The notes under the pieces are model-generated. The model had not been told where the DNA came from. It did no database searches and saw nothing but the letters and a program-made list of their open reading frames with translations. Position numbers and translations under genes: made by a program. From an uncultured Mycobacterium sp. (lineage in GTDB: Bacteria; Actinomycetota; Actinomycetes; Mycobacteriales; Mycobacteriaceae), in NCBI GenBank assembly GCA_964387245.1, contig CAYLWH010000002.1, positions 14,198-78,197 of the forward strand: a stretch of 64,000 nt of DNA, given 5' to 3'. Below, one piece after another: positions 9,768 to 21,137 of the stretch. Numbering within the stretch: the stretch's first letter is position 1; each line of letters opens with the position of its first letter.

Positions 9768-9783
9768 CCAACCAATTGGTTGG
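9768..9783. promoter_or_regulatory. 16-bp perfect palindrome CCAACCAATTGGTTGG (candidate operator)
   Basis: Lies in the 68-nt mcr/SDR intergenic gap, 39 nt upstream of the SDR GTG. The half-site CAACCAA/TTGGTTG also occurs at 134-140 (upstream of the thiolase) and 8588-8594 (echA/mcr intergenic). Confidence 0.4.
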
Positions 9784-9821
9784 TCGAACCCTTCGACCGT
9801 TTCCCGGAAGGACAACGTCAC

Positions 9822-10586
9822 GTGGAGATCAAAGACGCCGTAGCAGTCGTTACCGGCGGCGCGTCGGGCCTGGGCCTGGCGACCAGCAAACGGCTGCTGG
9901 ACAAGGGCGCGGCTGTGGTGGTCATCGACCTCAAGGGCGAAGAGGCCGTCAGAGAGCTCGGCGATCGCGCGCGGTTCGTCCAGGCGAACGTCACCGATCC
10001 CGAGCAGGTGGCCGCCGCACTCGACGCCGCCGAGGAGATGGGGCCGCTGCGCATCAACGTCAACTGCGCGGGCATCGGCAACGCGGTGAAGACGCTCGGC
10101 AAGGACGGCCCGTTCCCGCTCGACGGATTCCGCAAGATCGTCGAGGTGAACCTGATCGGGACGTTCAACGTGCTGCGCTTGGCGGCCGAGCGCATCGCCG
10201 CGACCACCCCCCTCGAAGGAAAAAACGGGGCAGAGCGCGGCGTCATCATCAACACCGCGTCGGTGGCCGCATTCGAAGGTCAGATCGGCCAGGCGGCCTA
10301 TTCGGCATCCAAGGGCGGTGTCGTCGGAATGACCCTGCCGATCGCCCGCGACCTGTCCAGGGCGTTGATCCGGGTCTGCACTATCGCGCCGGGCTTGTTC
10401 AAGACCCCGCTGCTGGGTTCGCTGCCCGAGGAGGCGCAGAAGTCCCTGGGCATGCAGGTACCGCATCCGGCCCGTCTCGGCGATCCCGATGAGTACGGCG
10501 CGTTGGCCGTGCATATCGTGGAGAACCCGATGCTCAACGGCGAAGTCATCCGCCTCGACGGCGCCATCCGCATGGCGCCCCGCTAA
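9822..10586 (+). CDS. 3-hydroxyacyl-CoA dehydrogenase type-2-like SDR (Rv1144-like)
   Basis: [21 protein letters not shown] Rossmann motif and [12 protein letters not shown] catalytic YxxxK. SD GGAAGGA is upstream. The ORF-track start at 9264 is an antisense-like extension inside mcr. Confidence 0.88.
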   Translation: MEIKDAVAVVTGGASGLGLATSKRLLDKGAAVVVIDLKGEEAVRELGDRARFVQANVTDPEQVAAALDAAEEMGPLRINVNCAGIGNAVKTLGKDGPFPLDGFRKIVEVNLIGTFNVLRLAAERIAATTPLEGKNGAERGVIINTASVAAFEGQIGQAAYSASKGGVVGMTLPIARDLSRALIRVCTIAPGLFKTPLLGSLPEEAQKSLGMQVPHPARLGDPDEYGALAVHIVENPMLNGEVIRLDGAIRMAPR

Positions 10587-11606
<1,020 letters not shown>

Positions 11607-11615
11607 GGGCGCTCG

Positions 11616-11682
11616 CTCGTTGAGTCGGGAACCAGGCAGGGTGCTATTCGCACAACGTCTGCATGGTTCCCGACTCAACGCC
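11616..11682. repeat. REP-like palindromic element, copy B (inverted relative to copy A)
   Basis: 17-bp perfect inverted repeat CGTTGAGTCGGGAACCA (11618-11634) / TGGTTCCCGACTCAACG (11664-11680). Shares TCGCACAACGTCTGC (reverse complement of the copy A core). Stem differences from copy A are compensatory. Confidence 0.65.
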
Positions 11683-11697
11683 ATGAAGTGAAGACGC

Positions 11698-11726
11698 AAA
11701 TGCCCGCCGGTGACGGCGGGCATTTT
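11698..11726. terminator. intrinsic terminator
   Basis: AAATGCCCGCCG-GTGA-CGGCGGGCATTT followed by TC. GC-rich stem with a T-run on the plus strand; a partial T-run is also present on the minus strand. Confidence 0.75.
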
Positions 11727-11802
11727 CATGTCGCGACTCAGCGCCGCGGGTCGGATTCTCGGAGCACGGCGGGCTCGGGGGCGCCCGTCGGACGGGGTCC
11801 GA

Positions 11803-11928
11803 TCAGCTGGCGATCGGGTGCCAGTCCTCGAGCTGCTCGGAGGTGTCGCCCTCGACGAGGTAATCGCCGTGATACAGCGCGTCGAAGTCAATCTTGATGA
11901 CATCAGCATTGGTGTCGTCGATCCACAT
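11803..11928 (-). CDS. small acidic hypothetical protein (41 aa), possibly leaderless
   Basis: Not in the ORF track (<60 aa). Sequence MWIDDTNADVIKIDFDALYHGDYLVEGDTSEQLEDWHPIAS. About 36 of 41 codons end in G/C, as in real genes here. TACGCT (TANNNT) ends 7 nt before the ATG, there is no SD, and the terminator at 11698-11726 lies downstream. Confidence 0.4.
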   Translation of the reverse strand: MWIDDTNADVIKIDFDALYHGDYLVEGDTSEQLEDWHPIAS

Positions 11929-12324
11929 GGGACTGAGCGTATTGGTCACTATTAAGAAATCATTGAGTCACGGTTCGGAAAATGGTGGCAATTATTACTC
12001 GCCGGTAGGGACAAGCGGCCGGGCGCTCCTCGTCGGTACCGGTGCCAACGGCTGCCGCCGACGTAGATTGGGGATACCCGCCGGTAGCCTTCGGGCCGCC
12101 TTCTGGTGGCCAAAGCCACACGTGCGCGCGGTTTCAGCTAACTGAATCGGCGCCGTGGGTGAACCTCGGCGCAGTCGTTTCCGGACGGGTTGAACGTAAC
12201 CGATGCCGGATTCGTGGTCATGACAACCACGGCGCAGCTTGTGAAGCCGATGACTTAACGGAGGTAAGTCATCGACAGCCCGTCGATGGGACCGGTTCCG
12301 CGGATCAGCGTTAGGGGATGCGAC

Positions 12325-14604
12325 TTGCTGCACAGAATCGCGCTGCTGGCGATTGCGGCACCGCGTCGCATCATCGCGTTCGCGGTATTGACGATGATCG
12401 CCACGGCGATCTTCGGTGTGCCGGTGGCCAAGAGCCTGTCGGCCGGGGGCTTTCAGGACCCGACATCCGAATCGGCCAGAGCCACTGAGCTGCTCACCGA
12501 GAAATTCCAGCAGGGTGACATGCAACTCGTGTTCGCTGTCATCACACCCGACGGCGCCAACAGCCCGGCGGCGCGCGCGGCGGGTCTGGCCATCGTCGAG
12601 CTGGCAAAGGACTCACCCCACGTCGCCAACCTGACCTCGCTGTGGACGGCACCCCCGCAGGCCGCCGCGCCGTTCATGAGCAAGGACGGGAACACCGGCC
12701 TGGTCATCGTCGGCGTCACCGGCGGGGAGAACCATGCGCAGGATCACGCCCGGGAACTCGCCGCCGCGGTAACCGCCTCGGTGCTGCCCGATCACCCGGG
12801 CGTCACGGTGCTGCCGGGCGGTTCGGCGATGGTGTACTCGCAGATCAACCAGCAGAACCAACACGATCTGCTGCTGATGGAGTCCATCGCGGTACCGCTG
12901 AGCTTTCTGATTTTGGTGTGGGTGTTCGGCGGCCTGCTGGCCGCGGCACTGCCGATGGCGGTGGGCGCACTGGCGATCGTGGGCACCATGTCGATACTCC
13001 GGTTGATCACCTTCACCGCCGACGTCTCGGTTTTCGCGCTCAACCTGAGCACCGCGCTGGGGCTGGCGCTGGCCATCGACTACACGCTGCTGCTCATCAG
13101 CCGGTTCCGCGACGAGTTGGCCGACGGCGCGACCCGCGAAGCGGCACTAATCCGCACCATGGAGACCGCCGGTCGCACGGTGTTGTTCTCTGCGGTCACC
13201 GTCGCGCTTTCGATGGCGGCCATGATCCTGTTCCCGATGTATTTCCTGAGGTCGTTCGCCTATGCGGGTATCGCAACGGTGGCGTTTGCGGCGATCGCGG
13301 CGATCGTCGTGACCCCGGCCGCGATGGTGTTGCTGGGTCCACGATTGGACGCGCTCGATGTGCGCCGGCTGCTCCGCCGACTGCTCGGCCGCCCGGATCC
13401 GGTGGCCAAACCCGTCGAGCAATTGTTTTGGTACCGCTGCACGAAGCTCGTCATGCGCCGCGCGGCAACGATCGGCCTGGTCGGTGTCGCTCTGTTGCTG
13501 TTCCTGGGAGTGCCCTTCCTCGGTGCGAAATGGGGCTTCCCCGACGATCGCGTGCTGCCGCGGTCGGCGACCGCGCATCAGGTCGGCGACGAGCTGAGGT
13601 CGAACTTCGACGACAATTCCGAGGCCGCGGTGACGATCGTGGTACCCGACGCGGACGGTCTCTCGGCGGCGGATCTCGAGCGCTACGCAGCCGACTTGTC
13701 CCGGGTCTCGGGAGTTCCGGCGGTGACAGCGCCGACCGGGACATTCGTTGCGGGCAACAACGTCGGTCCAGCCGCGGCGGGCGCGGGGCGCGACCACGGC
13801 AGCGCGTACCTCACCGTCGGCAGCAATGCCACGCTGTTCTCCGAGGCCTCCGAGGCACAACTGGACCGGTTACACGAGGTTGCCGGACCCGGCGGTCGCG
13901 CAGTGAAGTTCACCGGTGCCGCCCAGATCAACCGTGACAGCGTAGACGCGATCACCTCGCGGTTGCCACTGGTACTCGGGGTCATCGCCATGATCACCTT
14001 CGCATTACTGTTCCTGCTCACCGGCAGCGTCGTGCTGCCGTTGAAAGCTCTGATACTCAATGTGCTGTCGCTCACCGCGGCATTCGGCGCGCTGGTGTGG
14101 ATCTTCCAGGACGGTCATCTCGGCGCCTTCGGGACGACGCCCACCGGCACCCTGGTTGCCAACCTGCCGGTGCTGCTGTTCTGTATCGCGTTCGGACTCT
14201 CCATGGACTATGAGGTGTTCCTGGTATCGCGAATCCGGGAATTCTGGCTGGCCAGTGGCCGGACCCGCGCCGACAATGCCGAGAGCGTGGCACTCGGGGT
14301 GGCCCACACCGGCCGCGTCATCACCGCGGCGGCCCTGGTGATGTCGATCTCGTTCGCGGCCCTGATCGCCGCCCATGTGTCGTTCATGAGGATGTTCGGG
14401 TTGGGCCTGGCGCTGGCGGTGCTCGTCGACGCCACCTTCATAAGGATGGTTCTGGTGCCGGCGTTCATGCACATGCTGGGCCGGTGGAACTGGTGGGCAC
14501 CGCGGTCGCTGGTACGCATTCACGACAGGCTCGGCGTCAGCGAGTTCGGCAAACCGCCTCGGCCGGGCCCAGTACAGGTCCTGTCAGTATCGGAGACTGG
14601 TTGA
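12325..14604 (+). CDS. mmpL13: MMPL/RND-superfamily transporter, uninterrupted MmpL13-type
   Basis: TTG start gives (M)LHRIALLAIAAPRRII with AGGGGA 6 nt upstream; an alternative ATG is at 12286. About 12 TM segments in two halves, each followed by a soluble loop. Synteny is mcr - Rv1144-like - mmpL13. Confidence 0.85.
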   Translation: MLHRIALLAIAAPRRIIAFAVLTMIATAIFGVPVAKSLSAGGFQDPTSESARATELLTEKFQQGDMQLVFAVITPDGANSPAARAAGLAIVELAKDSPHVANLTSLWTAPPQAAAPFMSKDGNTGLVIVGVTGGENHAQDHARELAAAVTASVLPDHPGVTVLPGGSAMVYSQINQQNQHDLLLMESIAVPLSFLILVWVFGGLLAAALPMAVGALAIVGTMSILRLITFTADVSVFALNLSTALGLALAIDYTLLLISRFRDELADGATREAALIRTMETAGRTVLFSAVTVALSMAAMILFPMYFLRSFAYAGIATVAFAAIAAIVVTPAAMVLLGPRLDALDVRRLLRRLLGRPDPVAKPVEQLFWYRCTKLVMRRAATIGLVGVALLLFLGVPFLGAKWGFPDDRVLPRSATAHQVGDELRSNFDDNSEAAVTIVVPDADGLSAADLERYAADLSRVSGVPAVTAPTGTFVAGNNVGPAAAGAGRDHGSAYLTVGSNATLFSEASEAQLDRLHEVAGPGGRAVKFTGAAQINRDSVDAITSRLPLVLGVIAMITFALLFLLTGSVVLPLKALILNVLSLTAAFGALVWIFQDGHLGAFGTTPTGTLVANLPVLLFCIAFGLSMDYEVFLVSRIREFWLASGRTRADNAESVALGVAHTGRVITAAALVMSISFAALIAAHVSFMRMFGLGLALAVLVDATFIRMVLVPAFMHMLGRWNWWAPRSLVRIHDRLGVSEFGKPPRPGPVQVLSVSETG

Positions 14605-14618
14605 TGAATGTGCTGTGA

Positions 14619-14780
14619 CGGCTAGGTCACCGGGCGCACCGCGGCTCCGGCGAGTTGCTGCGGGCGGAGATCCTAGACGCGACCACCGCGTTGCTGCCGG
14701 AGACCGGGCACGCCAAGTCCGATGCGACGCAGGAACAGGCGCCGAGCCGGTTGCCGGACGAGAGGGGAGTCAGACAATGA
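14619..14780 (+). pseudogene. remnant of a TetR-family regulator N-terminus
   Basis: The frame reads ...[55 protein letters not shown] resembles TetR helix 1 but no HTH follows. GC3 is high, and the stop overlaps the next ATG as ATGA. Confidence 0.3.
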
Positions 14781-15418
14781 AACCGATGCCGGGGCAGGTG
14801 CGCAACCCGTTCTTCGCGCGGGTGTGGACCGTAATGTCCGCCCATGAGACCGAAGCACTGACCAGACTGCGCCGGGAGAATCTCGCGGGATTGTCCGGCC
14901 GGGTGCTCGAGGTCGGCGCCGGCACCGGCACCAACTTCGCCCACTACCCGGACTCGGTGGCCGAGGTGCTGGCCGTGGAGCCGGAAGCGCAATTGCTGGC
15001 GCACGCGCGCAAGGCTGCCGCCGCCGCTCCGGTGCCGGTGCGTGTGATCGGCGAAACCATCGAGCGCATGGCCGACTCCGGTTTGTTCGATGCGGTGGTG
15101 TGCTCGCTGGTGCTGTGCACCGTCGAGGATCAGGAAAGCGTTGTGCGGCAACTATTCTTCAAGACCAAGCCGGGCGGCGAACTGCGCTACATGGAGCATG
15201 TGGTCAGTGCCGGTTGGCGCGGGGGCGTTCAGCGGGCCGCTGACGCGACGCTCTGGCCGCGGTTGTTCGGCAATTGTCACACCCACCGCGACACCGAGCA
15301 GAGCATTCGGGCGGCGGGTTTCACCGTCGACACCGCGCGCAGGCAGGCGACGATGCCGCCATGGCTCCCACTGCCGGTTTCGGAGTTGACGCTGGGCCGG
15401 GCGCACAAGCCGGCGTGA
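14777..15418 (+). CDS. class I SAM-dependent methyltransferase
   Basis: [17 protein letters not shown]... with SAM motif [22 protein letters not shown] lies 8 nt upstream. The ORF-track GTG at 14615 gives a low-GC3, Arg-rich extension. Confidence 0.85.
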   Translation: MKPMPGQVRNPFFARVWTVMSAHETEALTRLRRENLAGLSGRVLEVGAGTGTNFAHYPDSVAEVLAVEPEAQLLAHARKAAAAAPVPVRVIGETIERMADSGLFDAVVCSLVLCTVEDQESVVRQLFFKTKPGGELRYMEHVVSAGWRGGVQRAADATLWPRLFGNCHTHRDTEQSIRAAGFTVDTARRQATMPPWLPLPVSELTLGRAHKPA

Positions 15419-15422
15419 CCCG

Positions 15423-16139
15423 TCAGGCCAGCAATGCCGGCAGCCGCTGGAGCAACCGGGGCAGTGCGGTGCTGGCGCTCTCGCGGATCGTCACCGTGAC
15501 CGAGTCGGACAGCGGGGTGACCTCGGGGTTTACCTCGATGACCACCGTGCCTTGCGCCAACGCCAGCTCGGGAAGTCCCGCGGCCGGGTAGACCATGCCC
15601 GAGGTGCCGACGACAACCAGCAGATCCGCCGCACGGACCGCCGCCACCGACGCCGCCCACGGGCCTTCGGGCAGGGGTTCGCCGAACCACACGATGTCGG
15701 GGCGGATCAACCCTGCGCAGACGCATCGTGGGGGCTCGGCCGTCAGTTCCGGTTCGGGCATGTCGGGAAGCTCACCGTCGTATGTCAATCCGCAACTGTC
15801 ACAACGAAATTCGAACAGACTGCCGTGCAGGTGCTGGACATCGGCGTTGCCGGCCCGCTCGTGCAGATCGTCGACGTTCTGGGTGACGACCGTGACCTCC
15901 GCGTAGTCCTGCCAGGCCGCCACGGCGCGGTGGCCGTCGTTGGGATCAACGCGCTTGACCAGGTGATGGCGCCACAAGTACCAGGCCCAGACCCGTTCGG
16001 GGTGTTGCGACCAGCCCTGGGTGCTGGACAACTCATACGGGTCGAAGCGGGCCCACAGTCCGTTCTCGTCGTCACGGAAGGTGGGTACGCCGCTTTCCGC
16101 CGAGATTCCCGCGCCGCTGAGCACCGCTATTCGCACCAC
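15423..16139 (-). CDS. cobB: NAD-dependent protein deacylase, Sir2 family
   Basis: (V)[33 protein letters not shown], and a zinc ribbon CDSC...C.C. About 238 aa. The ORF-track extension to 17114 is spurious. Confidence 0.92.
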   Translation of the reverse strand: MVRIAVLSGAGISAESGVPTFRDDENGLWARFDPYELSSTQGWSQHPERVWAWYLWRHHLVKRVDPNDGHRAVAAWQDYAEVTVVTQNVDDLHERAGNADVQHLHGSLFEFRCDSCGLTYDGELPDMPEPELTAEPPRCVCAGLIRPDIVWFGEPLPEGPWAASVAAVRAADLLVVVGTSGMVYPAAGLPELALAQGTVVIEVNPEVTPLSDSVTVTIRESASTALPRLLQRLPALLA

Positions 16140-16172
16140 ACCAAGATAGCCGCCCTGTTGGATACTGGACGC

Positions 16173-16535
16173 GTGGAGTTGGGGCAGTGGATCCGGGTCG
16201 ATTCGCGGGCGGGCAGGCCGCTGTTCGACCAGCTGCGGACACAGATCATCGACGGCGTACGGGACGCGACGCTCAAGCCCGGAACACGATTGCCGACGGT
16301 GCGTGAGCTGGCCGCCCAGCTGGGACTGGCCGTCAACACCGTCGCGCGCGCCTACCGCGAACTGGAAGCCACCGGAATCCTCGAAACCCGTGGCCGGTTC
16401 GGCACTTTCGTCGCCCACACCGACCCCGCCGATGCCGCGATGGCGGCCGCTGCGGACTCCTATGCGGAAGTGGCCCGTTCGTTGGGCGTCGCTCGGTCCG
16501 CCGCGCTGCGTTACGTGGAGGCCGCGTTCGACTGA
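16173..16535 (+). CDS. GntR-family transcriptional regulator (short, YtrA-like)
   Basis: [41 protein letters not shown] winged HTH. Divergent from cobB with a ~34-nt gap. An alternative TTG is at 16158. Confidence 0.88.
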   Translation: MELGQWIRVDSRAGRPLFDQLRTQIIDGVRDATLKPGTRLPTVRELAAQLGLAVNTVARAYRELEATGILETRGRFGTFVAHTDPADAAMAAAADSYAEVARSLGVARSAALRYVEAAFD

Positions 16536-16585
16536 CGTCGCCGCCCGGTCAGAGCAGCCGCATGTACCGCGGTTGTCGCCGACAG

Positions 16586-18734
<2,149 letters not shown>

Positions 18735-18765
18735 CCGGGACCCTGGCGGGGCTAGGCTGAGTGGC

Positions 18766-18939
18766 ATGGTCACCGACGACACGCCCGAGGACGACAACAA
18801 GAAGAAGTTCCGCGAGGCGCTCGAACGCAAGAACGCCAAGGCGGCCGGCGGTACCGAGCACCGGGACGGCGGGGCGAAGCAGCCCAAGGCGCACGGCCCG
18901 GTGGAGGGTCGCCGGGAGTTCCGGCGCAAGTCCGGCTAG
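18766..18939 (+). CDS. DUF5302-like small conserved actinobacterial protein (57 aa)
   Basis: MVTDDTPEDDNKKKFREALERKNAKAAGG...HGPVEGRREFRRKSG. The listed ORF 18761.. is in a different, Arg/Pro-rich frame. Confidence 0.75.
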   Translation: MVTDDTPEDDNKKKFREALERKNAKAAGGTEHRDGGAKQPKAHGPVEGRREFRRKSG

Positions 18940-18960
18940 CCGCCACTCCCCGATTTCCCG

Positions 18961-19020
18961 GCGAGCAGACACAGAATCGCCCATTTCCGACCGGAATTGG
19001 GCGATTCTGTGTCTGCTCGC
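18961..19020. terminator. very long perfect hairpin (23-bp stem, 14-nt loop) between convergent genes
   Basis: GCGAGCAGACACAGAATCGCCCA (18961-18983) pairs perfectly with TGGGCGATTCTGTGTCTGCTCGC (18998-19020). Confidence 0.8.
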
Positions 19021-19037
19021 GCAACTAGTGGCCCCAG

Positions 19038-20666
19038 CTAATGGGCGACGGCCTTCTCGGCGCCCACGCCGGTCAGCGAACGCACCTCCATCTCGGCGGC
19101 TTTCACCGGGTCCTCGCTGTCCGGTGAGGTCAGCGTGCCAATGATGCCCAGGATGAACGCCAGCGGGATCGACACGATGCCCGGGTTCGCCAACGGGAAC
19201 CACGCGAAGTCGGAGCCCGGGATCATCGACGTCTTGGCGCCCGACACCGCTGGGGAGAAGACGATCAGCACGATCGTGCAGATCAGACCGCCGTACATGC
19301 TCCACAGTGCACCACGAGTGTTGAAGCGCCTCCAGTACAGCGAGTAGATGATGGTCGGCAGGTTTGCAGCGGCTGCCACCGCGAACGCCAGCGCCACCAG
19401 GAAGGCGATGTTCTGGCCATTGGCCAGAATGCCCAGTCCGATCCCGAGCAGACCCAGCACCACCGCCGTGATCCGGGACACCCGTACCTGTTCATCCTCA
19501 GTTACCTCGTGCGACTTGAGAACTGACGCATACACATCGTGGGCGAACGACGCCGAAGCCGTGATGGTCAGACCCGCGACCACAGCCAGGATGGTGGCGA
19601 AGGCAACGGCCGAGATGACACCGAGCAGCAGCACGCCGCCGAGTTCGAAGGCCAGCAGCGGTGCCGCCGAGTTCTGTCCGCCCGCTGCGGCCAGGATGCG
19701 GTCCGGACCGACGATGGCTGCCGCGCCGTAGCCGAGCACCAGGGTGAACAGGTAGAACGCGCCGATCAGCGCGATCGCCCAGACGACGGATCGCCGGGCC
19801 TCCTTGGCGGTGGGCACCGTGTAGAACCGCATCAGCACGTGCGGCAGGCCCGCGGTGCCGAGCACCAGCGCAATGGCCAGCGAGATGAAGTTGATCTTCG
19901 ACGTGAGCGACCCGCCGTACTGTGCGCCGGGGGCCAACACGTCGCGGGCGGCGACGGCTTCGTTGGCCGAACCGGAGATCGCCGACTGCGCCGAACCCAG
20001 GATCTCGGAGAAGTTCAGCCCGAACTTGACCAACACCATCAGCGTCATGATCGCGGCGCCGGTGATCAGCAGGACGGCCTTGATGATCTGCACCCACGTG
20101 GTGCCCTTCATGCCGCCGACCAGGACGTAGACGATCATCAGGATGCCGACCACCGCGATGACGAGGGACTGCCCGGAGCGCGAGTTGATGTCGAGCAGCA
20201 GTGCGACCAGACCGCCGGCACCGGCCATCTGGGCCAGCAGGTAGAACAGCGACACGGTCAGCGTCGAGGTGGCCGCGGCCAATCGCACCGGCTTCTGCTT
20301 GAGTCGGAAACTCAGCACGTCGGCCATGGTGAATTTGCCTGTGTTGCGCAGCAATTCGGCAACCAATAGGAGAGCTACCAGCCAGGCCACCAGGAAGCCG
20401 ATGGAGTAGAGGAACCCGTCGTAGCCGTACACCGCGATGGCCCCGGCGATTCCGAGAAAGCTCGCGGCGGACAGGTAGTCGCCGGCGATCGCAATGCCGT
20501 TCTGCGGTCCGGAGAAGGCACGCCCGCCGGTGAAGAACTCGGCGGCGGTCGCGTTGCGCTTGCTGGCCCGGATCACCACGAACAGCGTGACCAGGACGAA
20601 TACGCCGAAGATGGCGATGTTGGCGGCCGGATTGCCCACCTTCTCGGCGGCCAGGTAGCTGGTCAC
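19038..20666 (-). CDS. actP: cation/acetate symporter (SSF family, ActP/MctC-like)
   Basis: 542 aa with 13-14 TM segments. FFTGGRAFSGPQNGIAIAGDYLSAASFLG and GLPHVLMRFYT motifs. GTG start overlaps the DUF485 stop (GTGA). Confidence 0.9.
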   Translation of the reverse strand: MTSYLAAEKVGNPAANIAIFGVFVLVTLFVVIRASKRNATAAEFFTGGRAFSGPQNGIAIAGDYLSAASFLGIAGAIAVYGYDGFLYSIGFLVAWLVALLLVAELLRNTGKFTMADVLSFRLKQKPVRLAAATSTLTVSLFYLLAQMAGAGGLVALLLDINSRSGQSLVIAVVGILMIVYVLVGGMKGTTWVQIIKAVLLITGAAIMTLMVLVKFGLNFSEILGSAQSAISGSANEAVAARDVLAPGAQYGGSLTSKINFISLAIALVLGTAGLPHVLMRFYTVPTAKEARRSVVWAIALIGAFYLFTLVLGYGAAAIVGPDRILAAAGGQNSAAPLLAFELGGVLLLGVISAVAFATILAVVAGLTITASASFAHDVYASVLKSHEVTEDEQVRVSRITAVVLGLLGIGLGILANGQNIAFLVALAFAVAAAANLPTIIYSLYWRRFNTRGALWSMYGGLICTIVLIVFSPAVSGAKTSMIPGSDFAWFPLANPGIVSIPLAFILGIIGTLTSPDSEDPVKAAEMEVRSLTGVGAEKAVAH

Positions 20667-21004
20667 TCGGCTTCCCCTTCCAGCTTTGCCCGGATCGCCG
20701 CGGCCCGCGGATCGAGCTCCCGGTTGGCGAACCGCACATACATGCCGGTGATGACGAACGTGGTCAGGAACTGGCCCAGCCCGATGAGCAGCCCGAGGTT
20801 GACGTTGCCGAACACCCTGGTTGCCATGAAGTCGTGGGCAAAGGCGCCCAGTAGCACGTACAGTCCATACCAGGCCAGGAAGAAGACCGTCATCGGAAAG
20901 ACGAAGCGGCGCAGCCTCGTTCGGAGTTCCTGGAACTCGGGGCCGGCCTGTGTATCAAGAAACTGCTGACCGGTTGGGGCTGGTGGACTATGGGTGATGG
21001 ACAC
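20663..21004 (-). CDS. DUF485 (YjcH-like) 2-TM membrane protein
   Basis: GTG start with AGGAGA ~6 nt upstream; 113 aa. PEFQELRTRLRRFVFPMTVFFLAWYGLYVLL. Coupled to actP as in yjcH-actP and cg0952-mctC. Confidence 0.85.
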   Translation of the reverse strand: MSITHSPPAPTGQQFLDTQAGPEFQELRTRLRRFVFPMTVFFLAWYGLYVLLGAFAHDFMATRVFGNVNLGLLIGLGQFLTTFVITGMYVRFANRELDPRAAAIRAKLEGEAE

Positions 21005-21054
21005 CGCGGATCTCCTGACGCTCGAAATGTGTCGCGCAATGCGGATCAGCCTAT

Positions 21055-21070
21055 TGAGACTGACGTCACA
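21055..21070. promoter_or_regulatory. candidate CRP/FNR-family site TGAGACTGACGTCACA
   Basis: Matches TGTGA-N6-TCACA with one mismatch. Located 51-66 nt upstream of the DUF485-actP start, in the 133-nt gap after the upstream symporter. Confidence 0.35.
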
Positions 21071-21137
21071 TGCCAGTGTTTGCGCTGGTTGAACGCTGAA
21101 ACGGGGATGCGGTGCGGTAAGCGGTACGTGCCAGCGG

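Noticed and set aside
11994-12006. The 13-mer ATTACTCGCCGGT is shared with 53156-53168, and both regions also contain GGTGGCCAA. This suggested a common RNA motif in the mmpL13 leader and the fbiC-fadH spacer.
   Set aside because: Tens of identical 13-mers are expected by chance among all position pairs in 64 kb on both strands. The spacing of the shared blocks differs (98 versus 86 nt), and the remainder does not align.
12050-12240. ydaO (c-di-AMP)-like or cobalamin-like riboswitch in the mmpL13 leader, based on GGGGATACCC, CAGCTAAC and GGGTGAACC.
   Set aside because: The order of the blocks does not match the ydaO architecture as I remember it, and there is no B12 box. It cannot be supported without a covariance-model search.
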